Of a stretch of DNA of 64,000 nt, positions 47,531-58,941 are shown in pieces (the first letter of the stretch is position 1; the number at the start of each line of letters is the position of its first letter). Both the position numbers and the translations under genes were made by a program. The stretch is from NCBI GenBank assembly GCA_963699155.1, contig OY969414.1, positions 709,327 to 773,326 on the forward strand, given 5' to 3'. The notes under the pieces were generated by a model. The model made no database searches. It had not been told where the DNA came from and saw nothing but the letters and a program-made list of their open reading frames with translations. Source of the stretch: an uncultured Chlamydiales bacterium. GTDB taxonomy: Bacteria > Chlamydiota > Chlamydiia > Chlamydiales > JAAKFR01.

Positions 47531-48070
47531 ATGATTCAGCAACCCTTCCGTTTTGATTTTAAGCTAGTAGATAAAGCATACCGATCGCTTGTACATGGCT
47601 GGCTAGCAAAGCCTCATGTTGCAAAATGGTTTTATGGAGAGGGTCTGCAAAATACTCTCAATCATCTTGACGACTTTTTGGAAGGGTCATCTTTTGCCCA
47701 GTATTGGTTAGCATACGATAAAGGTCACCCTTTTGCTTTCCTTATCACCTCTTCGGTCTGTAAGCCAGGTGATGAATTAACCAAATGGTGCACAAGGGAA
47801 GGGGTTGCGATTACGCTTGATCTACTGATTGGTGATACGAGTTATTTAGGAAAAGGGCTGTCACCTATTTTGATTCGAGAGTTTCTTATCAGTCAATTCC
47901 CTCAAGCTACTGAAGTGTTAATAGATCCAGAGGCGACAAACGCTCATGCTATCCATGTGTATAAAAAAGTTGGTTTTACACTTTTGGGTGAATTTATTCC
48001 CTCTCATAGTCCTCATCCTCATTACATGATGCGATTAGATATGAAAAAGCTAATGAAAGAGAGACCCTGA
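47531..48070 (+). CDS. GNAT-family N-acetyltransferase, AAC(6')-Ib-like
   Basis: 179 aa from the Met at 47531. The longer ORF from 47429 begins inside the repeat. Alignment by eye to AAC(6')-Ib blocks: W..KPHVAKWF, LDLLIGD..YLGKGLS, LIDPEATNAHAIHVYKKVGF. Confidence 0.75.
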   Translation: MIQQPFRFDFKLVDKAYRSLVHGWLAKPHVAKWFYGEGLQNTLNHLDDFLEGSSFAQYWLAYDKGHPFAFLITSSVCKPGDELTKWCTREGVAITLDLLIGDTSYLGKGLSPILIREFLISQFPQATEVLIDPEATNAHAIHVYKKVGFTLLGEFIPSHSPHPHYMMRLDMKKLMKERP

Positions 48071-48181
48071 ATTTCTTGGCTTCCGGCTTGCTTCCGGGTT
48101 CTTATTTTTTGAATTGCGCGATGAGTGAGCTATCCAATTTTAAGGCAGTGTGATATTTAGTGCTCTTCGGGATGAGGGGCA

Positions 48182-49585
48182 ATGGTTCTGGTTCGATCGA
48201 TTTCGTGGGTGTGCAAAGTTTTCTTGCTCGCGCTGTTGGTTTCTGGCTGTCAAGTGGGGCCTCGTTACCATCCTCCGGAAATGGTGGTTGCAGAGGGGTG
48301 GAAAGCGCCGCAGGGCATGATGCCTCTGCCACAAGTGGCCTGTTGGTGGGAGATTTTTCAGGATCCGACGCTCGATCACTTGATCAAGCAGGCGATTTGC
48401 AATAATCCCTCGCTAGAGGCTGCGTCGCAGCGGATTGAGCAAGCAAGAGCGATGGCGCAAATGACAAAATCGCGCCTAGTTCCTCAGCTGAATTTTGATC
48501 CTTCAACGAGCAATAAACCGCTCCGTGTTCATACTTTTGGGGCAACCAATACGCCACCACCCACTTTGATCAAAGATCACATTGCGAAGTATGCTTTACC
48601 CTTCACTCTACTCTATGAGTTTGATTTTTGGGGAAAATGGAGAAATCAATATAAAGCGGCCATTTTTAGAGCGGAAGCAGAATGGGAGGGCTACCAAACC
48701 GTATTATTATTTCTGACGACAGACCTTGCCAACCTCTACTTCCAGCTGCGAATTCAAGATGCCCAAATCGAGCTTTTTAGAAAGATTTTAGAAACACGCC
48801 ACACCGCTTCCAATATTCAACAATCTAGATATAGCTTACAGCTTCGCAATTACTTAGATGTGAGTTTTTATCAATTGGATTATTCGACTATTGAGTCAGA
48901 GTATTTTGATGCGCTCAAGCAGCGCATGCTGATTGAAAATCAAATGGCTCTCTTGCTGGGTATTTCGCCCTCGGAATTCACTCAGGGTCCGTTGCCTCTG
49001 ATGGAAAAGCCTCCACACATTCCGGCAACGCTTCCGGCAGCTGTATTGCTGCGTCGTCCTGATTTGGCAGAACAGGAGCGCCGGATGGCTGCCTTTCATG
49101 CAGAGATCAATGTGGCCTACGCCTCCTATTTGCCCTCTATTGATTTAGCAGCAACCTTTGCCTTTCTTTCGAACAATTTTGTGGAAACAATGAGAAATGT
49201 CTGGTCAATAGGAGGTAATCTCACACAAATTTTTTTTGATGGGGGAGCCAGGCGTGCCAATGTCAAACTATTCACCGCAAAATTTAATGAAGCAGTTGCA
49301 CTCTACCGGGAAATCGCTTTAACTGCATTTCAAGAGGTAGAGGATTCTCTTTCTTCTATCAAGTGGATTGAAAATGAAATGGATGCGATTGCAAATGGCA
49401 TAAATGCGATGGAGACTGCTTCTCAAATTTCTTTAGATCGCTATACATTCGGCTTAGCTGACTATTTGGAAGTGGCTAACAACGAACGCCTCACTCTTGA
49501 GCAGCAGCGGCTCTATCTTCAGCTTCTGAGCCAGCTCTACCTGCACACGCTCCATTTGATTAAAGCGATTGGGGGAGGCTGGTAA
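48182..49585 (+). CDS. Efflux outer-membrane factor lipoprotein (NodT/OprM family)
   Basis: Lipobox LLVSGC, then the typical RY..PE...W and two TolC-like repeat halves. 467 aa. Confidence 0.9.
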   Translation: MVLVRSISWVCKVFLLALLVSGCQVGPRYHPPEMVVAEGWKAPQGMMPLPQVACWWEIFQDPTLDHLIKQAICNNPSLEAASQRIEQARAMAQMTKSRLVPQLNFDPSTSNKPLRVHTFGATNTPPPTLIKDHIAKYALPFTLLYEFDFWGKWRNQYKAAIFRAEAEWEGYQTVLLFLTTDLANLYFQLRIQDAQIELFRKILETRHTASNIQQSRYSLQLRNYLDVSFYQLDYSTIESEYFDALKQRMLIENQMALLLGISPSEFTQGPLPLMEKPPHIPATLPAAVLLRRPDLAEQERRMAAFHAEINVAYASYLPSIDLAATFAFLSNNFVETMRNVWSIGGNLTQIFFDGGARRANVKLFTAKFNEAVALYREIALTAFQEVEDSLSSIKWIENEMDAIANGINAMETASQISLDRYTFGLADYLEVANNERLTLEQQRLYLQLLSQLYLHTLHLIKAIGGGW

Positions 49586-49591
49586 GTAGCG

Positions 49592-52500
49592 ATGTGGATT
49601 GTGAGATTAGCCCTCGCCAGACCCTATACCTTCGTCGTGGTCTCTCTTGGGATACTCCTCTTTGGCATCTGGTTTATGATCCGTATCCCTAAAGATATTT
49701 TCCCCAATATCAATACTCCTGTCGTCAGTGTGGTCTGGTCTTATCAAGGGATGACTGCAAAAGAGTTTGAAGAGAGGATTACCACGTTTAGTGAATTTTC
49801 CCTATCCAGCACTGTCAATGGAATCGAGCGCATCGAATCTCAAACACTCAACGGCCTCGCACTGATCCGCCTCTATTTTCATCCCGATATAGAAATTCAA
49901 ACGGCTATGGCTCAAATCACAGCCACCTCTCAAGCCATCTTAAGGCGTCTGCCAGTCTCAATCACGCCTCCTGTGATTTTGCTCTATTCACCTTCAACGG
50001 TGCCGATTATCCAAGTGTTGATCTCCAGTGATACCTTGTCAGAGCATCATCTCTACGATTATGCCTCATTCCGGCTTCGGCATTTAATCGCAACGATTCA
50101 AGGGCTAACCCTGCCTCCCCCTTTTGGCGGAAAGGTGTTGGAATTGATGGTAGACACCTATCCGGAGGCATTGCAAGCACGCGGGCTCTCTCCCGCTGAC
50201 GTAAGTGCGGCCATCAATCGGCAAAATATCATTATCCCCACAGGAGATGCAAAAATTGGAAAAATCGACTACTTCATGAATTCCAATAATACGCTCGAGA
50301 AGCCTGAAGATTATAATAATATCCCCATCACCGTGAAGGATGGTAACTACATTTATCTGAGAGATGTGGGATTTGCCCATGAAGGGTTTCCTCCTCAAAT
50401 CAACGTTGTACGCGATGAAGGAGATCGTGCCGTTCTGTTAACCCTGCTCAAAAATGGAAATAGCTCCATCTTAGAGATCATTAAAAAACTCAAAGAGCTT
50501 TTGCCTACCCTCAAAGCCGCAGCCCCTCCGGGAATTGAGATCGAACTGCGCGCGGACCAGTCGATCTTTGTCAAAGAGGCGATAGGAAACATATTTAAAG
50601 AGGGGCTTCTCGCCAGCCTGTTTGTAGGAATTCTCATCTTATTCTTTTTAAGGAGTTGGATCCATACGGCGATCGTCTTCATCTCTATCCCTCTCTCTAT
50701 TTTAGCGACCATTATTCTTTTGGATTGGATGGGTCATTCTTTAAACTTGATGACCTTAGGAGGGCTGACCCTTGCCATAGGGATATTAGTCGATAATGCG
50801 ACGATCACTGTCGAAAATATTCATCGCAACCTCTCCTTAGGAAAACCTTTGAAAGAGGCAATCCTAGAGGGTTCGCATCAGATTGCACTTCCCTCTTTTG
50901 TCTCATCTCTTGCGATTTGCATCGTATTTCTGCCCATCGTCCTCTTAGTAGGCCCTGCTAAGCTTCTCTTTGTCCCCTTTGCCTATTCCGCAGCGATCGC
51001 TATTGCTATCTCCTATTTTCTCTCAAGGACTCTGGTTCCGGTCATGATTCTCTATTTGTACAAAGAGAAGCAGTTCAAACCAGTCCCCATCTTTGATCGA
51101 GTACAAATAAAATATGAAAAAGCGCTTCACTGGTCTTTGGAAAATCGAGCGATTCTCTGCATAGTTTCTGTGATGATTTTTTGTACTGTTTTTCTCTTAT
51201 TCCCCTTTATTGGGACCGATTTTTTCCCCTCCTCAAATCCCTATCAGCTGAGGCTGCATGTCAGAGCGCCTCCAGGGACCCGTATAGAGGTCACGGAGCA
51301 AATTTTTAGTAGAGTCGAAGAGGAGATTAAAAAGGTCATTACCAGAGAGGAGATTGTGGCGATCTCAGATAATATTGGCACCAACCCCATCCCCTACACC
51401 TTGGCTTTTGGAGATAATGCCACCATTGGAACTTGGGATGGGGAGATCCTCATCTCCCTGCGGCCCTCTGGAAGACACAAAGGGTCTTATTACAAAGAGC
51501 GATTGAGAAAACATCTCAATGAATCTTTTCCCGACTATGCCTTCTTTTTCCAACCTGCTGACATGATCAGCCAAATTCTCTATTTCGGGTTGCCAGCACC
51601 TATCGATGTCAAAGTGATCGGTTATGATAGTGCCAACAATTTAAAAGTCGCAGGGGAGTTAGTGGAGCGCATTGCACGCATTCCGGGAGCTGTCGATGTG
51701 CATCTGCATCAAGATGTTGATGTCCCCGAATTATTTGTGAATGTCAATCGAGCTTTGCTTTCACAAGTGAATCTGGCGCAAGAGAATATCGCCCATAATT
51801 TATTGATCACCAATAGCGATAGCACTGTAGTCACGCCTAATTATTGGATCAATCGGAAAATGGGGCTTCCCTATCTCATCGCTGTCCAAACCCCAAAATA
51901 TCGTGTCGACAGTTTGGAAGCATTGATGCGCACACCCATTTCTTATAATCTTCAGGAAAAAACAGCGGCTCTCTTAAGTAACTTTGCAACCCTAGAGCGC
52001 AGGACGACTCCCGGGGTAGTTAATCACTATAATATTCAGCCTGTCTATGATATTTATGCCAATATTCAAGGAAGTGACTTAGGGAATGTCGCTGCAAAAA
52101 TCGAGAAAATCATTGAAGAGCTGCAGCCTCAAATGGCCCCTGGTAATGAAATTCGCCTCAAGGGGATGGTGAGTACCATGAGAAGTTCTTTTACAATGTT
52201 AGGATTAGGACTCATTGCCAGCATTGTGTTGATCTACTTTATTTTGGTGATCAATTTTCAATCTTGGTTAGATCCGTTTATCATCATTTTTGCCCTTCCG
52301 GGTGCTCTAGCAGGAATTTTCTGGGCGCTCTTTTTGACACAAACCTCCATCAACATCTCTTCACTCATGGGAACCATTGTGGCCATGGGATTAGCCACTG
52401 CGAATAGTATTCTCGTCATTACCTTTGCCAATCAAGAGCTCTTCCAAAAAAAATCTCCAAAAGAGGCGGCACTTTCTGCAGGAAAGACACGTCTTCGACC

Positions 52501-52702
52501 TATCTTGATGACCACCCTTGCGATGATTTTGGGAATGGTTCCCATGGCTTTAGGAATTGGAGCTGGAATGGAAGAGCAGGCTCCACTCGCAAGGGCCATG
52601 ATTGGAGGACTCTTGTTAGCCACACTGTCGACCCTATTTTTAGTCCCTGTTATCTTCTCCTATTTTCGAAAAGAGCCTAACCCTTATCTGGAGAATCGAT
52701 GA
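49592..52702 (+). CDS. RND efflux transporter, inner-membrane permease (AcrB-like)
   Basis: 1036 aa with a 12-TM / two-large-loop layout. The N-terminus (ARPYTFVVVSLGILLFGIWFMIRIPKDIFPNINTPVV) and the TM4 region (GILVDNATITVENI) are typical of the family. Confidence 0.95.
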   Translation: MWIVRLALARPYTFVVVSLGILLFGIWFMIRIPKDIFPNINTPVVSVVWSYQGMTAKEFEERITTFSEFSLSSTVNGIERIESQTLNGLALIRLYFHPDIEIQTAMAQITATSQAILRRLPVSITPPVILLYSPSTVPIIQVLISSDTLSEHHLYDYASFRLRHLIATIQGLTLPPPFGGKVLELMVDTYPEALQARGLSPADVSAAINRQNIIIPTGDAKIGKIDYFMNSNNTLEKPEDYNNIPITVKDGNYIYLRDVGFAHEGFPPQINVVRDEGDRAVLLTLLKNGNSSILEIIKKLKELLPTLKAAAPPGIEIELRADQSIFVKEAIGNIFKEGLLASLFVGILILFFLRSWIHTAIVFISIPLSILATIILLDWMGHSLNLMTLGGLTLAIGILVDNATITVENIHRNLSLGKPLKEAILEGSHQIALPSFVSSLAICIVFLPIVLLVGPAKLLFVPFAYSAAIAIAISYFLSRTLVPVMILYLYKEKQFKPVPIFDRVQIKYEKALHWSLENRAILCIVSVMIFCTVFLLFPFIGTDFFPSSNPYQLRLHVRAPPGTRIEVTEQIFSRVEEEIKKVITREEIVAISDNIGTNPIPYTLAFGDNATIGTWDGEILISLRPSGRHKGSYYKERLRKHLNESFPDYAFFFQPADMISQILYFGLPAPIDVKVIGYDSANNLKVAGELVERIARIPGAVDVHLHQDVDVPELFVNVNRALLSQVNLAQENIAHNLLITNSDSTVVTPNYWINRKMGLPYLIAVQTPKYRVDSLEALMRTPISYNLQEKTAALLSNFATLERRTTPGVVNHYNIQPVYDIYANIQGSDLGNVAAKIEKIIEELQPQMAPGNEIRLKGMVSTMRSSFTMLGLGLIASIVLIYFILVINFQSWLDPFIIIFALPGALAGIFWALFLTQTSINISSLMGTIVAMGLATANSILVITFANQELFQKKSPKEAALSAGKTRLRPILMTTLAMILGMVPMALGIGAGMEEQAPLARAMIGGLLLATLSTLFLVPVIFSYFRKEPNPYLENR

Positions 52703-53826
52703 GTAAGAAAAAATGGGTGGTTCCCTGTCTCATATTCTTTATCCTGACTGGCCTCTTTACCCCTTTCTATCTTCTCCATCTCAGACGTGTCGATCATACG
52801 ATTGCCTTTTCAAGAGATGAAGAGAGTCCTCCTTCCATGCGCACGCTCGTTGTTCACCATGACAAAAGAGAGATCGAGCTCATACTGCCTAGTTTTTTGG
52901 ATGCCATCAATATCACCCCTATTTTGTCGCGGACAAATGGTTATCTGGCTGCCTGGTATGTCGATATTGGAGATAGAGTCAAGGAGGGGGACTTACTCGC
53001 GACTATCGAAACTCCTGATATCGATCAAGAGCTGATCCAAGCGGAGGGCGATTTAAGAGCCGCTCTCTATAAAGAAAATATCAGACGCGTTACCGCTGAA
53101 CGAGGAACGAAATTGTATGCACACAATCCCGAAGCCATTTCAAAAGAAGAGCTCGACCTGATGATTGCCGCTCACGACCAAGCTCGTGCCGATAGAGAGA
53201 GCGCAGAAGGGCGTGTGGGGCAATATAAATACTTGCAGGGATTTAAAAATCTCTATGCTCCTTTTGATGGCACGATCATTGAAAGAGGAATCGATATTGG
53301 ATCGCTGATTACTGCTGGCAGCAACAGCTATGCCCAAAGGATCTTTCAAATTGCCAAATCAGATCTCTTGCGTGCCTTTGTCAGTGTTCCACAAAGTTAT
53401 TTCCATTTAATCAAAGATGGAGTGGAGGCCGAGGTGCATGTCCCTCAATTTCCTCAGAAACTATTTATCGGAAAGATCGACCGCAATGCTAGGGCACTCG
53501 ACCCCAGGGCCCGCACACTGCTGACTCAAGTCAATATCGACAATCCAAATGGAGAACTTCTTCCTGGGCTTTATGCAGAGGTCAAATTTAAATTTCCCTC
53601 ACAACAAAATACATTTCTCGTTCCACTCGAAGCAGTCATGATCCGCTCAGGGCCTCCCTGTGTGGCAAAGCTTGATACGCAAAACAAAGTTCATTTTCAG
53701 GAGGTCAAAATTGGAAGGGATTTTGGTACTCAGTTTGAGATCATTGATGGTCTATCGGATGGGGATGAGATCCTCGCCCGTGTGAATGATCGAGTGAAAG
53801 AAGGAATGGAAATTAAGCGCATCTGA
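52699..53826 (+). CDS. RND efflux periplasmic adaptor (MFP)
   Basis: N-terminal TM helix, lipoyl-like hairpin (GYLAAWYVDIGDRVKEGDLLATIETPD), coiled coil, and beta-barrel region. It overlaps the RND stop by 4 bp. Confidence 0.9.
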   Translation: MSKKKWVVPCLIFFILTGLFTPFYLLHLRRVDHTIAFSRDEESPPSMRTLVVHHDKREIELILPSFLDAINITPILSRTNGYLAAWYVDIGDRVKEGDLLATIETPDIDQELIQAEGDLRAALYKENIRRVTAERGTKLYAHNPEAISKEELDLMIAAHDQARADRESAEGRVGQYKYLQGFKNLYAPFDGTIIERGIDIGSLITAGSNSYAQRIFQIAKSDLLRAFVSVPQSYFHLIKDGVEAEVHVPQFPQKLFIGKIDRNARALDPRARTLLTQVNIDNPNGELLPGLYAEVKFKFPSQQNTFLVPLEAVMIRSGPPCVAKLDTQNKVHFQEVKIGRDFGTQFEIIDGLSDGDEILARVNDRVKEGMEIKRI

Positions 53827-54662
53827 TGGTTCATTGGCTTTTTTCAGTACTCCTTTTTGTGATTTCTTATTTTGCGGGCATTGTGGGGGCTTTAACCGGA
53901 TTGGGGGGAGGGGTCATCATTATCCCCGCTCTTGTTCTGCTTCTCAAGGTGGATATCCACTATGCGATGGGAGCTTCTCTTATTTCCGTGATAGCGACCT
54001 CCAGCGGATCATCCATAGCCTATCTGAAACAGGGATACACCAACTTAAAAGTTGGCATTTTCCTGGAGAGCGGTGCTGTTTTGGGTGCCCTTTTAGGAGC
54101 CTATCTTGTCGCCTTTGTCTCCACCTCTCTCATTTCCATTTTATTGGGAGTGGTTCTCATTTTTGCTGCTTTTTTTTCGATCAAAAAGAAAGAAAATGGT
54201 GGCAAAGAAAAAAAATCGCATCCCTGGGCGATTGCTCTTAAAATGGAAGGTGAGTACCCGACAGAGGAGGGGTTTAAATCTTATGCTATCCAGCGCGTTC
54301 CTCTGGGACTCTCCTTGCTGACCTTTGCAGGATTTATGTCAGGACTGCTGGGCATCGGCGCCGGATCGTTAAAGGTGTTGGCAATGGACAAAGTGATGGA
54401 CCTTCCCTATAAAGTTTCCACAGCGACAAGTAATTTTATCATCGGCATCACGGCCGCGGTGAGCTGTGGCATCTATCTTGCGCGCGGCTATATTGAGCCC
54501 ATTATCACCTTTCCAGTGCTTTTAGGGGTCGTTTTAGGTAGCTTTTCGGGTTCTAAATTTTTAGAAAAAATAAAAAGCAAGTGGTTGCGCCTGATTTTTG
54601 CAATCGTCATCGCAGTGGTCGCCGTGGAGTTAATTTATAAGGGAATCACTGGAGGAATATGA
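53826..54662 (+). CDS. TSUP (TauE/SafE) family anion exporter
   Basis: An 8-TM-type protein with duplicated GxGGG-type motifs (LTGLGGGVIIIP, LLGIGAGSLKV). Its start overlaps the MFP stop. Confidence 0.85.
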   Translation: MVHWLFSVLLFVISYFAGIVGALTGLGGGVIIIPALVLLLKVDIHYAMGASLISVIATSSGSSIAYLKQGYTNLKVGIFLESGAVLGALLGAYLVAFVSTSLISILLGVVLIFAAFFSIKKKENGGKEKKSHPWAIALKMEGEYPTEEGFKSYAIQRVPLGLSLLTFAGFMSGLLGIGAGSLKVLAMDKVMDLPYKVSTATSNFIIGITAAVSCGIYLARGYIEPIITFPVLLGVVLGSFSGSKFLEKIKSKWLRLIFAIVIAVVAVELIYKGITGGI

Positions 54663-54937
54663 ATGACCGGTTTAAGTTAATGATCGGTTACCTATTTTCT
54701 CTCGGCCTGCTGATCTCTCTGTTACTCACCGCGAGCGGTGGGATCTATTATCTCATTAAAGAGGGGAGTGCCCTCGCTATCAGCCTGATTCAAATGGGCA
54801 TTCTTACTCTCATCCTGACGCAAATTTTGCGTGTCTTCCTCGTGGGCTTATATTATTGGAAAAAGCACGATTTCAAATTTGTCTTCTTTAGTTTTTTCAT
54901 CTTTGGAATTCTTCTGCTCTCTTTTTGGCTGCGATAA
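54659..54937 (+). CDS. Small membrane protein, DUF1634-like partner of TSUP transporters
   Basis: 92 aa with 3 TM-like helices, overlapping the TSUP stop by 4 bp. The assignment rests on size, topology and the commonly seen TSUP-DUF1634 pairing. Confidence 0.6.
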   Translation: MNDRFKLMIGYLFSLGLLISLLLTASGGIYYLIKEGSALAISLIQMGILTLILTQILRVFLVGLYYWKKHDFKFVFFSFFIFGILLLSFWLR

Positions 54938-55670
54938 AAGCCTCCATAATGGCGTGACGAAGCCCTGCGGCTTCTAGAGCTCGGATGCCGGCGATAGTGG
55001 TCCCTGCAGGCGAGCAAGTTTTCCAGCGCAGTTCTGCAGGTGAATCGGGAGATTCATAGAGGAGGGTTAGAGCCCCGCCGACCATCTGTTTCACCAATTC
55101 ATAACCGGCATCAGAGGAAAAGCCTAAAGCGATCGCAGCGTCGACCATCGCTTCAACCATTGTAAAGACAAAGGCAGGTCCTGAGCCGGTGAGGGAGGTG
55201 ACAGCGTTGAAGAGTGATTCATCGATCCAGCGGAGCATGCCGAGCGGAGAGAAGATCTCTTCGATTCTCGCTTTGAATGGGGCCAGAGCCTCATCTTCGG
55301 CCAAAGCCACGATTCCATCTCCATAGCAGACAGCCAAATTGGGCATCATTCGCAAGACAGTACATTGAGGAAAAGCCTCTTTGAGCCTTTGTGTGGAGAT
55401 GCCTGTAAGAATACTGACCATCAATCCAGAAAAAGGTTGAAGCTCTGTTTTGACCTTCTCAAAGTCTTGCGGTTTGACCGCTAAGAGAATGCCATCGCCC
55501 TGATCAAGGCCCTCAAGGGGAGACTGACTCGAGGGCGCCCCAATGGCACGTGCTAATGCATCCGATTTTTCAGGGTGCTTGTCATATACAGAAATTTCTT
55601 TACCCGCTTCCTGTAGGGTTTGGGCGATCGCAGAACCCATCGCGCCTGAGCCAATGATTCGGATTTTCAT
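54897..55670 (-). CDS. proC: Pyrroline-5-carboxylate reductase
   Basis: MKIRIIGSGAMGSAIA Rossmann N-terminus and C-terminal SPAGTTIAGIRALE motif. 257 aa. Confidence 0.9.
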   Translation of the reverse strand: MKIRIIGSGAMGSAIAQTLQEAGKEISVYDKHPEKSDALARAIGAPSSQSPLEGLDQGDGILLAVKPQDFEKVKTELQPFSGLMVSILTGISTQRLKEAFPQCTVLRMMPNLAVCYGDGIVALAEDEALAPFKARIEEIFSPLGMLRWIDESLFNAVTSLTGSGPAFVFTMVEAMVDAAIALGFSSDAGYELVKQMVGGALTLLYESPDSPAELRWKTCSPAGTTIAGIRALEAAGLRHAIMEAFIAAKKRAEEFQR

Positions 55671-55718
55671 AAGACCATAAGTTATATTTGATCTTCCTGA
55701 AGCTACCAGAACTTTCCA

Positions 55719-55748
55719 TTGACGTCTATTCCCTCTGTTAGCTATAGT
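55719..55748 (+). promoter_or_regulatory. Candidate sigma-70/66-type promoter for rplU-rpmA-obg
   Basis: TTGACG (55719-55724), an 18-nt spacer, then TATAGT (55743-55748), 27 nt upstream of the rplU ATG. Confidence 0.4.
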
Positions 55749-55775
55749 TGAAACTCATTTTAACTGGATAAAAAA

Positions 55776-56090
55776 ATGGCTAACACCGCAATTATTAGAC
55801 TTGGAAGTAAGCAGTATCAAGTTGCTGAAGGGGATCTGCTCGACATCGACCTCATGGAGGGCGAAAAAGGGAGCAAAATCCAATTTAAAGATGTATTATT
55901 CGTGCAGAATGAGAAAGGAAGTAAAGCAGGCGCCCCTCTCGTTTCTGGTGCGGTTGTCCACGCAGAAGTGGTCGATCATGTGCGAGGGCCCAAGGTGATT
56001 GCTTATAAATACAAGTTGCGCCAAAGAAGTACACGCCGCAAAGTCGGCCACCGTCAACATTACACACGCGTAAGAATTACTGAGGTATAA
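55776..56090 (+). CDS. rplU: 50S ribosomal protein L21
   Basis: Start (..[16 protein letters not shown]) plus the [24 protein letters not shown] tail. 104 aa. Confidence 0.95.
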   Translation: MANTAIIRLGSKQYQVAEGDLLDIDLMEGEKGSKIQFKDVLFVQNEKGSKAGAPLVSGAVVHAEVVDHVRGPKVIAYKYKLRQRSTRRKVGHRQHYTRVRITEV

Positions 56091-56092
56091 TC

Positions 56093-56341
56093 ATGGCACA
56101 TAAGAAAGGTCAGGGTTCGACACGAAACGGCCGAGATTCAGCAGCACAACGGTTAGGTGTGAAGGTAGGAGCGGGAGAATTTGTGAAGGCGGGCAGCATT
56201 CTTGTCCGCCAGCGAGGAACAAAGTGGCATCCTGCAAAAAATGTCCGTCGAGGCAGTGATGATACACTCTTTTCGATGGTCGATGGAATCGTCTCTTTCC
56301 GCAAAGCTGATAAAACCTTCGTCTCGGTCAGCCCCGCCTAA
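56093..56341 (+). CDS. rpmA: 50S ribosomal protein L27
   Basis: [24 protein letters not shown]...[11 protein letters not shown], 82 aa. Confidence 0.95.
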   Translation: MAHKKGQGSTRNGRDSAAQRLGVKVGAGEFVKAGSILVRQRGTKWHPAKNVRRGSDDTLFSMVDGIVSFRKADKTFVSVSPA

Positions 56342-56393
56342 ATAAAATAAAAAAACAGAACGTGCCCGTAGGCGTGCCCATGACCAACTCTAA

Positions 56394-58218
<1,825 letters not shown>

Positions 58219-58222
<4 letters not shown>

Positions 58223-58941
58223 GATCTCTCCTTTCCGATTTTAAGTGGCGAGTGATAGAGCCCCATCGCAAAATGCTCGCACACCTTCTCTGGGGCCATT
58301 TCCAGCAGTTTTTTTTGTACGCAGAAAACCTTGTCAACATGTTCTACAGCAGTGTTGAGATCGTGCGTGACCATGAGAACCGTGATCTCTCCTTTCAGAG
58401 AGGTCAACAACCTATAAATTTCAATCTGAGCCGCATAATCGACACTTGCTGTGGGCTCGTCTAGCAAAAGAAGAGAGGGTTTACCGGCCAAAGCTCTTGC
58501 GATGAGCACTCTTTGGGCCTGTCCCCCTGATAAAGAGGCGAATGAGGCATTGATGAATTTTTCCATTCCTACCTGTTTTAGTCCCTCAATAGCTGCAGAA
58601 TGGTCGTCAGGGCTAAATGTGCCATGCCAGGAGAGGTGGGCGAGCCTTCCTCCAAGAACTACCTCCTCAACCGAGATAGGAAAGTGACGATCGAAGTGGA
58701 ATACTTGCGGCACCCAACCTATTTTGGAGCGAGCTTCCACAGGATTTTTGCCCAAAATCTCGATAGAGCCCTTCATGGGCTTCAGAAAGCCCATCAGGAG
58801 GGCAAGTAGGGTCGTTTTTCCACCCCCATTAGGCCCAAAAATGCCGACAAACTCACCCGACCGCACCCTAAAGGAAATATCGGATAAAACCTCGCCTGAA
58901 GGGTAGGCAAAGGAGAGATGGTCAACAACGATGACACTCAT
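58219..58941 (-). CDS. Metal ABC transporter ATP-binding protein (ZnuC/TroB/YtgB-like)
   Basis: GPNGGGKTT (Walker A), LSGGQAQR (signature), LLLLDEPT (Walker B) and VTHD (H-loop). Confidence 0.9.

Noticed and set aside
46996..48070. A type III toxin-antitoxin-like module, with tandem RNA repeats acting as antitoxin to the downstream GNAT enzyme.
   Set aside because: The geometry of a tandem repeat directly upstream of an enzyme gene is reminiscent of such modules. However, known type III antitoxin repeats are about 36 nt and pair with endoribonuclease toxins. The GNAT looks AAC(6')-like rather than TacT/AtaT-like. The other two loci of the repeat family have no adjacent GNAT gene.
48102..48405. 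Three overlapping short ORFs around the start of the OMF gene.
   Set aside because: They overlap the OMF lipoprotein gene, whose start at 48182 gives a clean signal peptide and lipobox. No independent support exists for any of them.
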